From contig CAWDPO010000043.1 of assembly GCA_963804165.1 (NCBI GenBank), positions 256,001-320,000 on the forward strand: a stretch of 64,000 nucleotides of DNA. The letters run 5' to 3'. This document shows, piece after piece, positions 31,120 to 42,149 of the stretch. The stretch is from an uncultured delta proteobacterium (GTDB lineage: Bacteria; Desulfobacterota; Binatia; UBA9968). Numbering within the stretch: position 1 is the stretch's first letter; each line of letters opens with the position of its first letter. A program made the translations under genes and the position numbers. The notes under the pieces were generated by a model. It made no database searches. It had not been told where the DNA came from and saw only the letters and a program-made list of their open reading frames with translations.

Positions 31120-32061
31120 ATGGCGTTGATCATCAGCGAACCGCAGACCCGAAAACTCGTCGACATGGCCGCGGCCGTGACCCTGCTCGACAAAATGTTT
31201 CGCGATCGCGCAGCCGGCAAAATGCGCAGCGTGCCGCGCCGCCGGCTCAAAGGCAGCGAGAAACAGCTCAACATGATGGCCGCATGGCATCAAGACTCGG
31301 ATCTCATCTGCTTGCGCTCCTACGCCGCGGACGCCAATACCATCACGCTTTACCACGGTCGCAAGGGTGGCATCCAAGCGATCGTCAACATGGGCTTCTT
31401 GAGCAGCCTGCGCACCGGCGCTGCCACCGGCGTCGCCGCCAAATATCTCGCGCCGGTAAACCGCAAAGTGCTGGGCATCATCGGCCCGGGATGGCAAGCA
31501 ACTTTTCAGGTCGAAGCCGTCGCCAAGACTTGTCCCATAGAGCAAGTAGTCGTTTGGGGCCGCACGCCCAAGCGGCGGAAAGATTTCATCAAGCAGATGA
31601 GCAAGGTCGTGAAGGCCGATTGGAAAGAAGCCGACACGGTCGACGACGTCGAAGCCGTGTCCGACATCTTGATCGTCTCCACGGACTCCACGACGCCGGT
31701 GGCCACGGGCCAAAGCTTGAAAGACGAAGTGCTCATCGCATCCATCGGCGCCAACGCGACGGTCAAACACGAAGTGTCGGGTAATCTTATTCGGCGCATG
31801 GATTTGATCGTGGTCGACGACCTCGCCGCGGCCAAAGCCGACAGCGGCGATCTGGTCGAAGCCTGTCAAACCCGCATCGCGCGATGGGAAGACATCCTGC
31901 CCCTGGAAAAGATGGTCGCCGAAGGCGCGCCCCAGCCGCGGCCGAAGAGAATATTCTTTCAATCCAACGGCATTGCCGACGAAGACTTAGCCGTTGGGAA
32001 ATACGCGGTGGATCAAGCCAAACGGAAAAAGTTAAAACTGCGGCGCGTGACGGAGATCTGA
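31120..32061 (+). CDS. Ornithine cyclodeaminase/mu-crystallin family protein
   Basis: LSSLRTGAATGVAAKYLA, GIIGPGWQA, SIGAN...HEV, FQSNGIADEDLA; GGAGG RBS. Confidence 0.9.
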   Translation: MALIISEPQTRKLVDMAAAVTLLDKMFRDRAAGKMRSVPRRRLKGSEKQLNMMAAWHQDSDLICLRSYAADANTITLYHGRKGGIQAIVNMGFLSSLRTGAATGVAAKYLAPVNRKVLGIIGPGWQATFQVEAVAKTCPIEQVVVWGRTPKRRKDFIKQMSKVVKADWKEADTVDDVEAVSDILIVSTDSTTPVATGQSLKDEVLIASIGANATVKHEVSGNLIRRMDLIVVDDLAAAKADSGDLVEACQTRIARWEDILPLEKMVAEGAPQPRPKRIFFQSNGIADEDLAVGKYAVDQAKRKKLKLRRVTEI

Positions 32062-32096
32062 GTCAATCGTTGATCGCACGTTGCAACATCGCATAT

Positions 32097-32120
32097 GGGC
32101 GACCGGCCGGTCGCCCCTAC
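32097..32120. repeat. GTAG-type REP hairpin
   Basis: gggcgaccggccggtcgccc-ctac between convergent genes. Confidence 0.7.
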
Positions 32121-32146
32121 TGAAAATTTTGCCAGTCCCGCGGCAT

Positions 32147-32871
32147 TCAGGGCTTCACAAACTTAAGCACGAAGCGATCGCTCTTATCGCGGATCTTGAC
32201 GACGTTGAAATCCCGCGTATCGTCAGCGCGGCTGAGCATCGTGCCTTCTTTATCTAGACGAAATCCGACGCCGGTCGCTTCCTTGATCACGAGTGTCTTG
32301 TCCATGCGGTGCAGCGTCTTCGCCACCGTGTCGCCGGCGCCATCTTGCGCCGAGTGGTCGACGACGCCGTAGGCTCCGCCTTTTTTGAGGGAATTGAAAA
32401 TCCGCCGATTCATGGGCGCGCGAGCGTCGGGTGGAAGCTCGTGGTAATCGAGGTGAATGAAAACGAAATCCAACGAGCCGTCTTGCGGCAAGGCGATCTT
32501 GTCAAACGGGCCGTCGATGATCCGCACATTCGCCATGCTCGGCTGCTTCACGCGCTCGTGCAACTCGGCACGCGCGGCCTGGTTAGCCGCATAAACGACT
32601 CCCTCGGCGCCGACCAATTGTGAAAGGATTGCCGTGTAATAGCCGCGGCTGGCGAAAATATCGGCGACTCTCTGGCCGGTTTTTACTTCATAAAACGCCA
32701 TCACCTCCTGCGGCTTGCGCACCGGATCAATCGCCCGTTCCGCTTCGGGACGGCTCATGTTGGTGAGAATGACATCGTAATTCGGCGTCGAAGTCGCGGC
32801 GCAACCGACGAAAATCGACACGGCAAGTGCCATCGGAATGAATTTAGCGTAATTGCACAGCCGGTAGCCAT
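32147..32871 (-). CDS. Lipoprotein SAM-methyltransferase-fold protein (COG4798-like), copy 2
   Basis: Lipobox IFVG-C; RKPQEVMAFY, VADIFASRGYYT..LS, LKKGG..GVVDH, KTLHR, DRFVLKFVKP. Has its own RBS AGAGGAG before ATG 32871 (likely 1-nt slip after it; in-frame ATG at 32833). Confidence 0.8.
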
Positions 32872-32903
32872 CAAAATCTCCTCTGTTGGACTTCTTAGCG
32901 GCC

Positions 32904-33616
32904 TCACGGTTTCTGAACGCCAGCACGAAGCGATCGTCCTTGTTGCGCTCCTTGTTGACATTGAAGTCGCGCTGGTCTTCGGGCTTGCGCAGCATGTTTC
33001 CTTCTTTAGCGAGCTTGAAACCGGCATCGCCAACTTCCTTGATGACCTGAAGCTTGTCGATGCGATGCAGCGTTTTGTTCGCTTCGTTGCCCGAACCGTC
33101 TTTTGCCGAGTGATCGACCACGGCGTAGATTCCACCGCGTTTGAGCGAGGCCAAAATTCGCTTGTTCATCGGCGCGCGCACCTCCGGCGCGACGTCATGG
33201 TAGTTGAGATGGATGAGGACGAAATCGAGCGAAGCGTCCTGCGGCAGCGCGAGCTTGTCGAACGGCCCGTCGGCAACTCTGACATTGGTGAACTTCGCCG
33301 ACTTCCAGCGCTGATTGACTTCGTCGCGGGGATTTGGATTTGCCGTGTACACGACCCCCTGCGGTCCGACGACCTGGGACAGGATCGCCGTGTAATAACC
33401 CCGCCCGGTCCAAAGGTCCGCGACTTTGTCGCCGTTTTTGACACCGTAGAACGCCAGCACCTCGTCGGGCTTGCGCGCCGCGTCGAGCTCGCGCTCGTTC
33501 GCCGGTCGGTCCGGATCGTTGACCACCGCCTTATAATCTGGCGTCGACACAGAGCACGCCGACATCGCCAGGGACAAAACGATCCAACCGATCTTGTGCA
33601 AAGTGCAGTGCTTCAT
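32904..33616 (-). CDS. Lipoprotein SAM-methyltransferase-fold protein (COG4798-like), copy 1
   Basis: Lipobox AMSA-C; RKPDEVLAFYGV, VADLWTGRGYYT, VVDHSA, KTLHRID. Restoring one base gives DRFVLAFQKP-stop at 32904, matching the end of copy 2. Confidence 0.8.
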
Positions 33617-33690
33617 GGAGACTCTCCTTTGAGTCGAATGATGGCCCAACTTTAATGTTTGCAAAATGAAATGCAAGCTTGAAAAAGAAA

Positions 33691-33822
33691 CGGATCTATC
33701 AAAAAGTTCGGAATGCTCGAGGACCTCAGCATGAACGGAAAAACTTCAATGCCATCGATCTGCCTCCGTTCGTCCTGAGCACGGTCGAAGGACTCTTAAC
33801 GGTTTTTCAGTGCCGCTGCTAA
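33691..33822. mobile_element. MITE family A, second (inverted) copy
   Basis: tcggaatgctcgaggacctcagcatgaacgg...ccgttcgtcctgagcacggtcgaaggactc...ttttcag is the reverse complement of 26956-27091. Confidence 0.75.
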
Positions 33823-33865
33823 TTCACTGCGGGGCATTTGCTCACTGCGCCCAGATCAAAAATTC

Positions 33866-34642
33866 TTACGGGCGGCCATGTTCCATCGCATGTTCAACAT
33901 CGTACTTCAGCAGATTCCAAATCTTATCCATGCAATTGGCAAAATCGGGATCTTTCATGCTTTTGAAGGTCCGCGGCCGCGGCACATCGACAGTGACCAC
34001 GCTCTTGATGAGCCCGGGACGCGCGCTCATCACCGCGATGCGGTCGCAGAGCATCACCGCTTCGTCGAGGTTGTGCGTGACGAGAATGACGGTCTTTTTG
34101 TCGCGCTCCCAGATGCGCAACAGCTCTTCGCGCATGAGCATCCGGGTTTGCGCGTCCAAGCTCGCGAACGGCTCGTCCATCAAAATAACTTCAGGATCGT
34201 TGGCCAAGGCGCGCGCGATGGCAACTTTTTGTTTCATGCCTCCCGAGAGCTCGTGTGGCTGGGCGCCGGCGAAATCGAGCAAGCGCACTACTTCGAGAAA
34301 AAAATGGCTGATGCGCTTATAAACCGACGGCTGCTCGTGGCGAAACTCCGCTCCCAAGGGCACGTTCTCCTCGACGTTACGCCACGGCATCAGCGCCGAT
34401 TCTTGAAAGACCATGGACACCATGGACTTGGTTCTTTGAGTGCCGAGAAATTCGACCGACCCCTGGCTCGCTTGTTCCAGGCCGGCAATGATATGCAGTA
34501 ACGTCGTCTTGCCGCAGCCCGTCGGTCCGATGATGCCAAAGAACTCCTGATCGCGCACCTCCAGATTTATCCCGCCCAAGGCGCGGATCGCCCCTTGGCC
34601 GGAAACAAATTCTTTGGTCACGCCGTGAACGACAACTTTCAT
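33866..34642 (-). CDS. ABC transporter ATP-binding protein (TauB/SsuB/NrtD type)
   Basis: GPTGCGKTT, VFQESALMPW, LSGGMKQK, LMDEPFASLDAQTR, LVTHNLDEA. Confidence 0.95.
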   Translation of the reverse strand: MKVVVHGVTKEFVSGQGAIRALGGINLEVRDQEFFGIIGPTGCGKTTLLHIIAGLEQASQGSVEFLGTQRTKSMVSMVFQESALMPWRNVEENVPLGAEFRHEQPSVYKRISHFFLEVVRLLDFAGAQPHELSGGMKQKVAIARALANDPEVILMDEPFASLDAQTRMLMREELLRIWERDKKTVILVTHNLDEAVMLCDRIAVMSARPGLIKSVVTVDVPRPRTFKSMKDPDFANCMDKIWNLLKYDVEHAMEHGRP

Positions 34643-34691
34643 CGTTGTTTCGACTGCGCCCTTTCAGCTGCCTGACACCAGAGCTTGTTCG

Positions 34692-34730
34692 ACGATTTGA
34701 ACGGCTTGAACGTTTTGAACGACTTGAACC
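34692..34730. repeat. TTGAACG 9-nt tandem repeat
   Basis: gatttgaac ggcttgaac gttttgaac gacttgaac. Confidence 0.75.
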
Positions 34731-34751
34731 AATGGCATCAGCTCAAAGCGC

Positions 34752-35780
34752 CTACCGCCCGCCGAAGATCTCGTGAAACATCTTGGCGTAGCGCTCGAAA
34801 TTTTCCAGGACTTCGGCCGGCGCGAAAGCGGGCTGGATGTTTTCACTCAGGCGCGCTTGTCCCGGCGGCGTGTCGATGCGATCGGGAATACGGTTCATGC
34901 CACGGATCACCTCTTGACCGCGCTTGGAAAGCACGAAGTCGATAAACAAACGCGCTGCGTTCGGATGCGGCGCCTTCGCGGCGATGCCGGTGGGGTGAAT
35001 ATTGGCAAAGACCGGATTCAAATATACCCATTCCACCGGCGCGCCGGCCGGTTTTAGGACTTCAAAGGTCTGCGAGTATCCGGTTAAAGCGCCTTTGAAC
35101 TCGCCGGCGGCGACGAGCTGAGCCAGCAGATTTCGACCGGTGCGCAGCTCCGTCTGCTTGGCCAGTTCGCGCATGTACGTCATGCCCTTTTCCTCGCCCA
35201 TCGCTTTGAGCGTCGTGCCAAACCACTCATAGGCGCGGCCTTCCATAGCGATCTGCCCCTTCCACTCGGGCTTCAATAGATCGTTGAAAGACTTCGGCAC
35301 GCTCGTCTTCGCCACCGTGCGCGTGTTGTAGCCAAACGCGCCATAGTTCGTGTAAATCGATGTCCAGTTCGCTTGCGAGTCTTTGTAACCCTCGCGAAAA
35401 AACTTGCGCTCCGGCGAATCGTAAGACGCGAACAGCCCGCGTTTTTTTATATTATGACCGTAGAAACTTGTCGTCACCATCACGTCGCAAAGATTTTGCC
35501 CGGCGCGGTTTTCGCTTAAGAATCGCTCCATCAGGGCAGAGTCATTGCTGCGATAGTACGCCGCGTCGATTTTCGGATAAACTTGTTTGAATCCGTCCAG
35601 CAAAGTCTTCGAGTCCGCAGCTGTGAACGTCGCGTACATCATCAGCTTGCCTTCGGCTTCAGCGCGCTCGCGAACCTCCGCCGCTTGACTTAGAGACGCC
35701 AACAGTAATATGGCCAGCAGTCCGGTTGAGATTTCTGCACCGAACCTTGAACCTTGAACGTGGAACCTTGAACTGAACAT
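34752..35780 (-). CDS. ABC substrate-binding protein (AfuA/FbpA-like, SBP_bac_6 type)
   Basis: ATG overlaps the upstream stop (TGATG); AEAEGKL, GYNT, DLLKPEWKG, APHPNAARLFIDFVLSKRGQ. Confidence 0.88.
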   Translation of the reverse strand: MFSSRFHVQGSRFGAEISTGLLAILLLASLSQAAEVRERAEAEGKLMMYATFTAADSKTLLDGFKQVYPKIDAAYYRSNDSALMERFLSENRAGQNLCDVMVTTSFYGHNIKKRGLFASYDSPERKFFREGYKDSQANWTSIYTNYGAFGYNTRTVAKTSVPKSFNDLLKPEWKGQIAMEGRAYEWFGTTLKAMGEEKGMTYMRELAKQTELRTGRNLLAQLVAAGEFKGALTGYSQTFEVLKPAGAPVEWVYLNPVFANIHPTGIAAKAPHPNAARLFIDFVLSKRGQEVIRGMNRIPDRIDTPPGQARLSENIQPAFAPAEVLENFERYAKMFHEIFGGR

Positions 35781-36503
35781 CACGGCATCTCCGCCAACAG
35801 TCTCCCATAGCCCGTGACCGGCTCATTCAGATGAAGTATTTTCTTCGTCGCCCAAACTTGCGCCGGTATACTCGAAAGCACCGTTGTCTTCAGATCCTTC
35901 TCGAGCAATTCAATCACCGGCAAATTATGCCAGCCCGCGCCGAGCATGTAGATGCCATCCGCCGGCCCGTGTTCGAGAAACACTTTCTTGGCGAAATTGT
36001 AGATCGCCTCGGGCGCGAGCTTGCCCGCGTCTTTGAACGGCACATCGATGCCTTTCATCGCTTTGACGTCGAAGCCGTCGTCTTGAAGAAATTTTGCGAA
36101 GCGCTGCGTTCATGTCGTCTTGAAAGTAAGTGATGCCGACCAGTTTTTTCATTCCCAGCGCGCGAAAAGCATCGACCTGAGCGATCGTCGCCACAGTGAC
36201 GGGAATTTTGTACTTCTTCGTCAGCGAATCGGCGATCGCGCGGTCCGCGCCATGGCCGCGCACCATCGTCGGCGGCGCGCCCATGATCATCACGACGTCT
36301 GCGCCCAATTCCGCCAAGCGCGCCACTTTCTTTTCCGCAACCGTTAAAGCCTCTTGCAGCTCTTGTTCATTCCCCGCGCGAATACCGGCATGAGCCGGAA
36401 TAAAACCAACGCCCTCCGGCATGAGCTTAATAAAACTCTCCATCGACCCCGGCCGATAAGTAGGCTTGACCAAACCGACGATTCCCCGCGCACCGTAGTA
36501 CAT
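35780..36503 (-). CDS. Maleate isomerase/arylmalonate decarboxylase (Asp/Glu racemase) fold protein, frameshift near 36105
   Basis: GIVGLVKP, LAELGADVV, AFRALGMKKLVGITYF, ADGIY, IELLEKDL...VLSS, GYGRLL. Confidence 0.85.
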
Positions 36504-36993
36504 ATTCTCTCCGCTCGCTTTCTACTCTGATTACCCGCTCGAATATCCTAGTCAAAGCATCTTATCAAGCGGCGAGTCGCACGATTGTGAGTCAGTGAGT
36601 TAGCGAGCGAGGTAAACCTTCATATCGGTGAAAGTTTCCGAATTATGAATAGTTTTCCGATCGCGCTGAGCTTGTCGAAGCGCCCGATTTTGTTTTGAAT
36701 AACCTGCAACAAGTCAGAACGCGCCGCGGATGCCATTTGGCGATGCGGTAGCGAAGCCGGCGACATTGTGCAGTTTGCCCATAAAGAGGAATCGTCCGCT
36801 TGGGGCGCCGCCACTCCCCGCAATTCGGCGCCCACTTTTTCGCCTGCGCTGATATCAACTTTCGCGCGGGTACTCTTCTGAACTCCGCGATACGTGTTTT
36901 TGCGAATGGGTAATCGCAGTGCGCGCAAGCGGGCTCGCGCGCTCGGCCTGGTCGTGTCACGGCAAGACTTGCGCCGCTATTTCCTTTACCCAC

Positions 36994-37461
36994 CTACCCT
37001 TTGTGCTCGGACGCCGCGCGCTTTTGCATCTCCTCAGGCGACACGTCTTCTATGTGCGTCGCGAAAGACCACGAATGGCCGAACGGGTCTTCCAACGTTG
37101 CCATTCGGTCGCCGTAAAACTGATCCGCCGGCGGCCTTAGTACTTTCGCGCCAGCGGCCTCGGCCTGTTTGACCAGCGCGTCAACGTCATTCACGTAAAC
37201 GACAATATTCACGGGGGTGCCGCCAATCGACTGCGGGCTGCGAAAGTTCATCTCCGGGTGCTCGTCCGCAAGCATGATCGGTGCATCCCCGATTCTGAGC
37301 TCGGCATGGCCGAGCTTGCCACCCGGCATCGGCATGCGCATCACTTCTCGCGCACCGAACGCCTTCTTGTAGAACTCGATGGCACCCGTTCCGTCTTTCA
37401 CACAAAGGTAGGGCGTCGCACCGCGGTATTCATCAGGGATAGGTTTTACTTTGGTCGTCAT
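36994..37461 (-). CDS. VOC/glyoxalase (PhnB-like) protein
   Basis: TPYLCVKD...AIEFYKKAFGA, HAELRIGD..IMLADE, DQFYGDR...LEDPFGHSW. Confidence 0.93.
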   Translation of the reverse strand: MTTKVKPIPDEYRGATPYLCVKDGTGAIEFYKKAFGAREVMRMPMPGGKLGHAELRIGDAPIMLADEHPEMNFRSPQSIGGTPVNIVVYVNDVDALVKQAEAAGAKVLRPPADQFYGDRMATLEDPFGHSWSFATHIEDVSPEEMQKRAASEHKG

Positions 37462-37623
37462 AACTCTTTCACCTTTCTATTGGCCTATTTTGTGGGCTAC
37501 TAAAAAGCAGGTTGCCTGATTTTCAGTGTAGCCCCATTGAAGCCCGACTTCGAGTGTACCGAGTCGTGAAAGTCTGAAGGCGATCGTTGACCCGGTGAAG
37601 ATCAACAGTTGGCCATCGCCGCC

Positions 37624-38714
37624 TTATCGCGGCGGTAGCGGATTTGGCCCGGCGATCTTGGTTAACAATTCGACCACCTCGGGGTTGCGCGGCAGTTCTT
37701 TGATGCCTTTGTCCATCACCGCTGGGAAAACGATTTCAGCGTCGTCGCCGACCATTTTCTTGAACACCGCGGGAAATTCGGGGTCTTTGAAAACCTTGGT
37801 CATGGCGTCTTGAAGCAATGTCACGCGTTCGCGCGCCGTGCCTGGCGGCAGGATAAAGGGCGAGCCGGACAGTCGAAAGCCGCGTTGCAATTGCACGAGC
37901 TGGCGCTCTTTTTCGGTTTTCGCAAAACTCTCCAACTCGGGCAGATTGGCAAAGCGCGGGTGTTTATCGCCCGGGGGGATCTCCAACACGACGTGAAAAT
38001 CCATCAGCCCCTTGTCCAACCATTCGGGAAAACGCTGCAGCACCACATGCGACTGGTTGAAGCGGGCGTCGAGTTCGCCGCGCAGCACGGCGGCATCGAT
38101 CTCAGGGCTCGAATAGCCGGTGACAAAGCGCGCTTCTTTCAGCGGCAGCAGATAGGCGGCGAGCCGCCCTAAATTGTAGTTACTGTGGCCCACCGATTGC
38201 GCGCCGATGCGGATGCCCGTTGCGGCTCGGAGTTTTTCTAAATTATTCGTACCGGCCTCTTTGCGGGTATAGAAAACATAATGGCCGCCGGCGTCGGAAG
38301 CGCCCAGGTAATGAAATTTTTCGAATTGATATTTGACGCCGGCGGCGCCCAAGATTGCGTTGCCGAGCATTCCAGAGCTAACGCTGCCAATGGTAAGGCC
38401 GTCGGGCTTGGCGACCGCATACATGTGGTTTGCCGCTCGGAGTCCGCCGCCGCCGGCCATGAACTCGTGAATGATGGTCGGGTTACCGGGAATATATTTT
38501 TGCAAAAATTGCGTCACCGTGCGGGCCCGCAGATCGCCGGTGCCCCCGGGCTCCCGGCCCTGTAGGACGGTGATGGTTTTCCCCTGGTAGAATGGCGCTT
38601 GGGCGAATGCCCCAGGTGTCTGCCATTGCAATCCAAAGAAGAGCAAAAGCGCGATTAAGATTGCCCGAACAACAGCAGGAATAAGATTTCCCAATGAGTA
38701 AGATTGCGGTTCAT
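37624..38714 (-). CDS. Bug/TctC tripartite tricarboxylate transporter substrate-binding protein
   Basis: FYQGKTI, PGGTGD, YIPGNP, GGGGLRAAN, KPDGLTI, RGELD, PPGT. RBS-supported ATG at 38714 implies a slip near the start. Confidence 0.85.
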
Positions 38715-38764
38715 CCGTGTTTCCTCCACGCGCATCGAAAATTGGCTTGATCGGTAATTTCAGT

Positions 38765-41700
38765 TTAAAAGTTTAAGGCGTTGCCGAGCACAGCCGCGGG
38801 CTGGCAACTCGGGACAGTCATCGGAGTCAATGCTGGATATAACGAGACGGTATTTGCCCGTCTGCGACAGCGGCATCTGCGAGGCCCGGCAAACTTCGAA
38901 GTCGTGTTCGCCGCGCCCTTTCGGTTTAGCAGCCTTTGGAATTCGTGTCGTATCGCAACGTCGAGATTTTCTGCACTGACGTAAATGATGCGTAGGCGAT
39001 CCGGGCGCAGCGAAACAAACTGGATTTTCTCCAAGCCAAAAACATAAAACCCGCTCAGGGCATGGGCGTCGATCTCACCTTCCCTGCCTTCGCGCAACAG
39101 GATCGGCAATGCTTCTGACATCCGTCCGCCAATGTCTTTGATCGTTTTCAGTGGCGAAGAAAGATTGGCGGCGCCGCATAAGAGGTAATCGCCCAATTCA
39201 TAGCGAATCACCGGCAAGGTCGAATTGTAAAATTGGTCAGCACCGCTGGCGCCTGGTTGGCCCGACCGAAATTGGCTACATCCAAGATTTCGACAACATT
39301 TAACTCGTCGAAAACGCTCATTTCGCTTTGGCCATTTGTTTCTAGGCAATATACTTCGACTCCGACGAGCTGTATAAATCGAACACCGGTGCAGCCCAAG
39401 CTCGGCCGATCTGGCTTTCCATCGCATGGGTGAGCTTGTCGCCACCGACGAAGATGCGTTTGGGAGATATTCGCAGCTTTCCCAGGAGAGCTAAACGGGA
39501 CAACTCAATGAATACTACCGGCGTAGCCGTAAAGTTGGTGCGGTTGGAATTCGTTGAGCCGATTGACCACATCTTCCTCGGGGTCGAGAACAGAGAGAAT
39601 GCACGGCTCGAACACGCTTCGCGGCATACGCACCGCGCCGGACACACGTTGAAATTGCCCTGCGACACGAGATAAAAGGCGGCTTTCGATTTCCTGTGCC
39701 TTCGCTCGCCGGTTCCGGCAGTCGACTCGCCATGGTGCTTGCCGCGAGCTGCCAATCGCGGCGCGCGCAAACAAATATACCTTTGGCTCCTGACGAGCCC
39801 GACGAGTGACAAACGATAAAGTTATCGAGATAATCCAACCCTGGATCGCCGACTTCGCTGACCCAGCGAGAGAGATCGCTCTTGCTCAACCTGGGGTCAG
39901 TCACCGCCTGGTCGAAATTGTCCATCAACAGTTGGCGATCGATGATCGGCAGATCTTCTGGCCGGAGCGTATCGAGATCGTGCTCCGCGACTCCCGCGGC
40001 TGAGTAGAGCTCCCGGTAAAATCGCGATTTCTGCCACACATGGCGGAGTAACCCTGTAAACGATTCGCGTTGCCTGCGCAGAACCGCTGCACGGCGCTGA
40101 GCGATCTCGTCGTCGACAGTTGCGGTTGCATCGAGGGGCGTCGTCTTCTCTCGGATCAAACGACGATGCTTTATGGTCGCGCCTTCGTCCGCGCCGGGTT
40201 GACTGCTCTGCGCTTCATCCTCCGTCATCGCTTCAATCTCACTCAATACACGATCAATCACTTCGGCGCTTGCGCGGTTGGTCTGATTCTGCTCGATGAT
40301 CATCCCCATCCCCGCTACCGTCGGCGCATCGAAAAGGGTTTTGATCGGTAGCTGCAGTTGAAAGGTTCGACGCACCCGGGACATTATCCGAGTAGCTACC
40401 AGAGAATTCCCACCGAGCTCGAAAAAATCGTCGTGAATACCGACCTGATCTAAACCAAGCATTTCAGACCAGAGTTGTGACAACTCTTTTTCCGTGTTTG
40501 TCGCGGCAGGAGCGAACGGAACATCCAACGTTGGCCGTTCACCGGACACCGACGGAAGATGGAGGCGATCAATTTTGCCGTTGGGAGTTTTGGGGATTTC
40601 GCCGATCGCAACAAACACCGCGGGAATCATGTAGTCCGGAATCACCCGAGCGAGCTGCTTCCGTAGCTTGGTCACTGTGATGACCCGATGAGATGCCGGC
40701 ACGAAGTACCGATCAGCCGCATCTCCTCAAGGGCGTCTTCGCGGCCGACAACGACCGCATCACGGATGCCTTCGATCGCCGAAGCGCTGCTTCAATCTCG
40801 GCAGCGTCAATCCGAAACCCGCGAATTTTCATTTGGAAATCATGACGGCCCGCATGTGTAAGGCATCCGTCTTGCGCCCTGACGCCGAGGTCGCCGGTTC
40901 GGTAGATTCGCGCGGCACTGCCCAGAGGATCGGGACGAAATACTGCATTTGTACGATCGAGATCGCGCCAATAACCAAGCGCGATATAGCACTCCTCACA
41001 CAGATCTCACCCACTTACCGTAGCAACCTCCCGACCGCTTTCGTCGAGCAACATTACCTCTTTATCTTGGAGCGGATAACCGATGGGCAACTTGCCTTCT
41101 TCAACTGGCGAGCCATGCGGAACATAATTCCAACACACCATAAAGCATTCCGTCGGTCAACGTGCACGAGCACGGAAGGAGGAAAAATGCTGATTGAAAA
41201 AATCGACATCCCTCGCGTCATCGGCTCGCCAGACCGAAGAATTCTGATCGCCGGAAAAGTCTACTCGCCGGGCAGGGTTACCATGAAATTCGAAAGGTCG
41301 TCGGCAGAGAACGCATGAGGGTGATTTTGTTGGAAAGTAGCCAGTCCGCCAGTTCACCGAACCCCTTTTCTTTTAGATCGTAAGGAAAAATCGGCCGAGC
41401 CGTTGAGGAAGGCTCCGTAAATCGTCCGCACCGAGTTAGCGAAGCTCATCGAAGTATAGAGCAGCCACCGGTCATGCCTGCTGATGCCCCATGCATTGGT
41501 GAGATTCCGCGCTTCGACGAGAACGTTTTTGTGCGAGTGCATCACTCCTTTCGGCTGCCCAGTCGAACCAGAAGTATAGAGAAGCATGGCCAATGCATTG
41601 GGTGAGATATTCAAGCCCAAATTCTCATTCGAAAGGCCATCATCCAAGTGGTCCAAATTGACTGTTTCCTTCCGCCCTTCAGACAATTGAGCGACGATCG

Positions 41701-42106
41701 GAAAATATTTAGTATCGTAATAACAAGGACTGGACGGAATCGGCGAGCATATAAGCCAAGCGGTCATAGGATAGCTTGGATCCAAAACCAGATAGAATTT
41801 CCCGGTTTTCAACACTCCAAGCATTGCCGCCAGCACCCCGGCACGATGATCGAACATAAGCGCGACGGCTTCGACACGGTCGCCCCGGAGCGCCAGTATT
41901 TTTCGCGCCAATCTGTTGGCGATTTCATTGAGCCCATCATATGTGAACGAAACATCCTCCGTCTTGATAGCCAATCGGCCGCCGCACAGGCGGACCTGCT
42001 TCTCGAACCGATCCGGAATCGACTGTTCGATCTCTTCATCCGTAAACGGAATGTATGGATAAATCGGGCTTATCTCTGCTGCCTGAAGCGAATTCTGACA
42101 GTTCAC
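38765..42106 (-). pseudogene. NRPS-like adenylation + carrier (T) domain fused to a PaaK/CapK-like adenylate-forming domain; many frameshifts
   Basis: LLYTSGSTGQPKGV (A3), GEICVRS, KIRGFRI, PKTPNGKIDR (A10), FFELGGNSL (PCP), then in frame HVWQKSRFY..LPII..CHSSGSSG, LYSSSE, PVIRYELGD, TGKYRLVI. GTG start at 42106 follows GGAGG. May be intact in vivo. Confidence 0.75.
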
Positions 42107-42149
42107 TCTATATTCCTCCGCCAGAATAACTGGATCACTTAATGAGTTG

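Noticed and set aside
38775-38810. AVLGN tail as a definite second deacylase ghost
   Set aside because: The match is only about 15 nt in two blocks, too short to distinguish from chance.
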